The notes under the pieces were generated by a model. It saw only the letters and a program-made list of their open reading frames with translations. It was not told where the DNA came from and did no database searches. A stretch of DNA of 64,000 nt from Squalus acanthias (lineage: Eukaryota): positions 123,940,001 to 124,004,000 of the forward strand of contig CM059431.1 of assembly GCA_030390025.1 (NCBI GenBank). The letters are read 5' to 3'. The position numbers were made by a program, and so were the translations under genes. Of this stretch, positions 60,401 through 64,000 are shown piece by piece; position 1 is the first letter of the stretch; every line of letters starts with the position of its first letter.

Positions 60401-60901
60401 GGGGGTGCAGCGGCGATTCACCAGGCTGATACCAGGAATGGCGGGATTGACCTATGAGGAGAGACTATGTAGTTTAGGGATGTACACACTGGAGTTTAGA
60501 AGATTGAGAGGGGACCTCATAGAAGTGTATAAAATTCTGACAGGTCTAGACAGATTAGATGCAGAAGGAATGTTTCCCTTGGCGGGTGAGAACAGAACTA
60601 GAGGACATAATTTAAGGATAAGGGCTAAACCATTTAGGACAGAAATGAGGGGGAATTTCTTCACTCAGAGAGTGGTGAACCTGTGGAACTCATTGCCACA
60701 GAGGGCAGTGTACGCCAGCTCATTAAATATATTTAAGAGGGAATTAGATATATTTCTACAGGCAAAAGGGGTTAAGGGTTACGGAGAGAAGGCGGGGACG
60801 GGATACTGAATTGAAGGATCAGCCATGATCTCATTAAATGGCGGAGCAGGCTCGAAGGGCCGGATGGCCTACTCCTGCTCCTATCTTCTATGTATCTATG
60901 T
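57421..60901 (+). mobile_element. Young 5'-truncated CR1 LINE (3' half of ORF1, intact ORF2, 3' tail)
   Basis: RDSRMVICLPGA...HVGTND...DGLHL...EHLN* (stop 57865-57867). Tail TCTATGTATCTATGT. Confidence 0.95.
57858..60809 (+). CDS. CR1 ORF2 (APE endonuclease + reverse transcriptase), uninterrupted; start defined here by the putative frameshift site
   Basis: The frame is open from 57843 to TGA 60807-60809. LRVLYLNARSIRNK, ITETW, GDFN, SDHN, YLDFQKAFD, GVPQG, FADD. The first in-frame ATG is at 58623. Confidence 0.9.
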   Translation, partial: FKLVWQGARNPCSEIEESERQTEINGKKERNKKQRAKLIHKKCEHKKSLRVLYLNARSIRNKVDELAVEIEVNNYDLIGITETWLQGEQGWELNIQGYSVFRKDRQKRKGGGVALLVKEGINAIERKDINSVNTESIWVELRNSEGRKTLIGVVYRPPNSKIEVGEGITREIREACNKSTAVIIGDFNLHIDWTSLISKNNEEEEFLECLRDGYLDQYVEEPTREQAILDWVLCNEKGLISNLVVRGPLGQSDHNMIDFSLEMESEEIDSETQVLNLNKGNYDAIRRELSRSDWTTFLGGLEVDKQWQAFKDRMTKLQKLFIPIWHKRKSKKVTQPWITGEIRDSIKSKDRAYKIAKKRARAEDWEQFKIEQRRAKGLIKKGKIAYESKLAENIKTNSKSFYKYIKRKRLVKTKVGPLQSDTGEYIMGNKEMADQLNAYFGSVFTKEDTKNLPGISGKIGTLAKEELTQINISKDMVLRKLKGLKADKSPGPDNMHPRVLKEVALEIADALSMIFQNSLDSGTVPMDWRVANVTPLFKKGGREKAGNYRPVSLTSVVGKMLESIIKDEIAEHLANGDRIGQSQHGFTKGKSCLTNLLEFFEGVTGKIDGGEPVDVVYLDFQKAFDKVPHKRLAWKIEAHGIKGKVLTWIENWLSDRKQRVGINGSFSEWQAVTSGVPQGSVLGPQLFTIYINDLDQGVECSISKFADDTKLGGGVGSEEETRKLQSDLDRLGDWADKWQMHYNVDKCEVIHLGCRNGRANYYLNGNKLGEGEVQRDLGVLVHQSLKASMQVQQAVKKANGMLAFIAKGLEYRNRDTLLQLYRALVRPHLEYCVQFWSPHLRKDVLAMEGVQRRFTRLIPGMAGLTYEERLCSLGMYTLEFRRLRGDLIEVYKILTGLDRLDAEGMFPLAGENRTRGHNLRIRAKPFRTEMRGNFFTQRVVNLWNSLPQRAVYASSLNIFKRELDIFLQAKGVKGYGEKAGTGY

Positions 60902-62366
60902 AACACCAGCATCACCAGGCACACCAGCAGCACCAACAACCACACCAACCTTCTCCACAATCACCTAACGCTGCACAGGACAGAGGGCATCAGCACCTGA
61001 CCACATTGCTGCCCGGGACACCAGGGATGGCCTCACCACGGCCACATTTACTTCACTTGACGCTGCACACCCTGGCTGCCACATATTGCGCCAGGTTGGC
61101 ACCACCCCAAACCAACAACATAAAGCATCCCTACAATGCCCAAGCCATTCCTTCCACACTCATGACCATTGTGGGGGGTATCGTTATGCCTCACCATTCA
61201 TTGCAACTCACTAAGTAACTTCCAAAGGTGCACACAAATCTGTCCAAGAAAGCAAAGTGTTGAAAATAAAGTTATCAATGTTTGACAGCACATTAACAGA
61301 AACTTTACATGGACATTGGCTAAAACACCCAAGTGCCTACCATTATGGGTTGTTAGTTGGTATGATTGGACAAGGGTGAGTGTGAGGGGTGGCTAGTGAG
61401 ATGGGGAAGTGATAATGTAGATAGAGAGAGATGGGTGGAGGTGCAAGGTAAGTTGGTGTGAGTAAGGATGTGCAGGAGTAGGGTAGGGAAGGCAGAGTGA
61501 TGGGGAGGTGATGAGTGGCACAGCAGGATGAGGTTGAGTGTGGCTTTGCAGTAACATTTTGTGATTTACTGAGATCATTGAAAGGTTTGCGCCACTGCAG
61601 CCTGGTCCTCCTGACGACATCCCTGCTTGTGTCCTCCTGTGCAATGTGCAACCAGGCTGCATTGGTCTCCTGGGGAGGACTATTCTGCCCATTGGAAGGG
61701 AAGAGAACCTCCCTGCGTGCTGTGACTCCCTCCATAAGCATATGGATGGAGCCATGGGAGAGCCTGGGTGCAGCCGTGCACCTCTGTGTAGTGCTTGCCA
61801 GTGCTTGCAGCACCTCAATGCTGTAGAACACTGACAGCACAAATGTCAAAGTAAATTTGCAGATGGTCCCTTTAAAGAAACCGGCTGATGACGCATCATC
61901 AAATGACATCATCAGACCCGCTTCCTTCCATTGGCCGGGAAATTTGCTGGGTGGACTTAACAAGCCCAATCAGGGGAAAGTCATATCGGAGGCTGGGATG
62001 GAGCCAACAGCAGGGCCGAGACCCGCCACGGACGTCACCCGCCACGGACCCGCCGAGGTAGGGAAAATCGTGGCCACTGTGCAAGATGTACCAACTGCTT
62101 CTGATCTATATAAATGACCTGGGTTAAGAACCTCAGTGTAAGTTGGTCAAATTCGCAGATGATGCTAAACTGAGTAGGGGGCATTGTAATCTGATGAAGT
62201 AATTGAGAAACCATAGTGGGCAGAACTATGGCAGATTAAATTTATTACCGATAAGTGCACACATTGGAAGAAATAATGGAGAAGAGTCTTATGCAATGAA
62301 GCAGCTGGACAAACGAAAGACTTAAAAAGATTCGAGAGTGACAGTATTCTCCACACTGCTCATTTC

Positions 62367-63124
62367 GGCCCAGAAATTCGCCTCTCCGGCTTGCCGCGGG
62401 GGTAAGGATCGTGCGCGCACTTACCTACCGCGTCTGCCGTTCTGCTTCTGGCCCACGGGGACTTCAGCTCCTGGGCCTGCTCCAACTGCCGGTGCGCAGT
62501 GCTTGCGTGTCCCAGGGGCATAGTTAGTGCGATGTGTCCCCTGGGATCACGTGGGCCATGGAGAGCCAATGGCAGCAGACCATCTTTCATTCATAGATTT
62601 GACAGGAACCTGTCAAATCTATGAATTGAAATCGGCCCCAAAAGAACAGCTAAACTTCAAATAAATTTTAAAAAAATTACATTTTTAAAATAACTATAAG
62701 TTAAATAAATTAACTACTTTAAACAAAAATTTAAATTTTGAAAAAATTAAAATACTTTTTAACAGTGCTAAAAATAAACTTACCTTTCTTTAAAGTATCT
62801 AAAAAAGATAATCCTGTTGAAAAATTTTTTAAATTATAATTAATTAAGCACTTACCTTGTTGAAAACGGGTCCTGTGCCTCCTTTTTAAAAGCGCAGGTT
62901 CTTCAATACTTACCCTCCTGGACATACCTGGAAAAAAACCTAAGTTTACTGCATGCGCGCAGCCTCTACCGCACGCACGGTTCACCTCTGAACCGCTCCT
63001 TCACGAGACCGGAAGTTCCGGTTTCCCGCGCATGCGCAGTGCATGCAGGAAACCGGCACTTCAGGAGGCCTTACGGGTGAGTACACAGTGCGTACTCACA
63101 CAGCAAGTGCCGAATATTTGGCCC
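62367..63124. mobile_element. AT-core Harbinger-type MITE (opposite orientation to 5768 and 36713)
   Basis: TIRs GGCCCAGAAATTCG / CGAATATTTGGCCC. Flanks TTC/ATC. GCATGCG and AAACCGGCA motifs. Confidence 0.75.
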
Positions 63125-63551
63125 ATCAAGTCATTGCAGAACAGTAATCAACAAAGCTTATGATAAAATTCTTCTTCACCACACAAACATTTTTTCACTT
63201 GTTAACTGCTTTTTAAATAACAATTAACATGAAACCTCCAAAATTACTCATTATTTAGTTTATTCCCACATGACATTCATTTTTCCTATGTAAATCTGAT
63301 GTTGAAAGCAAGTGTTCATAACAACTTAAAAGCTATCCATCTTTTCCTGTGATCTTGTTTGCATGCCTCTACTGATTGCCATAACTGGATACTGCGTACT
63401 GGTTGCAGCCACTGCTCACCATGTAGTAAGACCATTGCGCTGCTAATGAGGTGTCTTAAGCCCACCTTGATGGCTGTCTGTAATGTGTTTCCAAGAATGT
63501 CAATAATGATCTTCATCATGTTTTGGTCTGTGGACCCCAACAAACCACATA

Positions 63552-63883
63552 CAGGAAACTTTCGTTTATCCGGCACCCAAATATCCGGAATTCTCGCTTA
63601 ACCGGCAAAAATCAGGTAAGTTTTATTATACAGACAAGACCCCGATTCTGACCTGTCGCCCCCACGAAAGGGGGGTCAACGTTCTTCCGACTCGGATCTG
63701 TCGCCGCCACGGAGGAAAAAGCCGGAGTCTCGTTTACCTTCCCTCTCCGGGTCCCAATTGTTAAGCCTGTGGCCGTGTACGGGGCTCTCGTACCTTGGTA
63801 AGTATACCTCTCTGTAATCCGGCACTTTCGATCAACCGGCACCACGCCGGTCCCGTCGGTGCCGGATAAACGAAAGTTTCCTG
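63552..63883. mobile_element. Tc1/mariner (pogo/Tigger-type) MITE, 332 bp
   Basis: Perfect 26-bp TIRs CAGGAAACTTTCGTTTATCCGGCACC (63552-63577 and 63858-63883). TA TSD on both sides. Confidence 0.95.
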
Positions 63884-64000
63884 TAATTAGTAGGAGCATT
63901 CTCGAGAGATGTTCCAACAATGCCCATAGCTGTATGTCTAAGTTTTCCCTTGCAGATGGCACTGATACTATATACTGCCCTATGTCAGAATCTGTAACTC

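Larger units (their letters stand above)
56828..62075 (-). mobile_element. Non-autonomous Harbinger element split by a CR1 insertion
   Basis: TIRs GGCCGCTATTTTGCC / GGGAAAATCGTGGCC. Exact TSD ACT (56825-56827, 62076-62078). Myb exon relic at 61550-61790 (RREVLFP...WLHIAQ...LQWRKPFNDL). The sequences flanking the CR1 are contiguous in the 52379 copy. Confidence 0.85.

Noticed and set aside
1..64000. Host protein-coding exons, rRNA or prokaryotic systems
   Set aside because: Every long ORF is TE-derived and the non-repeat gaps show no recognisable coding signal. Short host exons cannot be excluded without RNA data.

Overview
Eukaryotic, repeat-dense window with no recognisable host exon. The CR1 LINEs and tRNA-headed SINEs look like cartilaginous-fish (shark-type) families; this is an inference from recalled sequences. 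Almost everything is nested transposable elements, many delimited to the base by TIRs, LTRs and TSDs. Contents: (i) two nearly intact two-gene PIF/Harbinger transposons (DDE transposase plus a convergent 3-exon Myb/SANT partner), with older relics and many non-autonomous derivatives; (ii) several CR1 LINEs, one near full-length and one with an uninterrupted ORF2; (iii) a Mag-like Ty3/Gypsy element with 136-bp LTRs; (iv) a pol-deleted LTR element with ~1.65-kb LTRs, plus a probably related solo LTR; (v) SINEs, and hAT and Tigger-type MITEs. Three observations stand out. First, three divergent CR1 copies end ORF1 on the canonical -1 frameshift heptamer U-UUA-AAC directly before the stop, with ORF2 open in the -1 frame, and the intact copy has no AUG before the end of the endonuclease domain. 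Second, a LINE derivative has a tRNA-like Pol III head and a SINE-like core at its 5' end. Third, the long-LTR element has a PSAP motif and a UGA-CUAG readthrough context between gag and protease. All family names come from motif recognition, not database searches.
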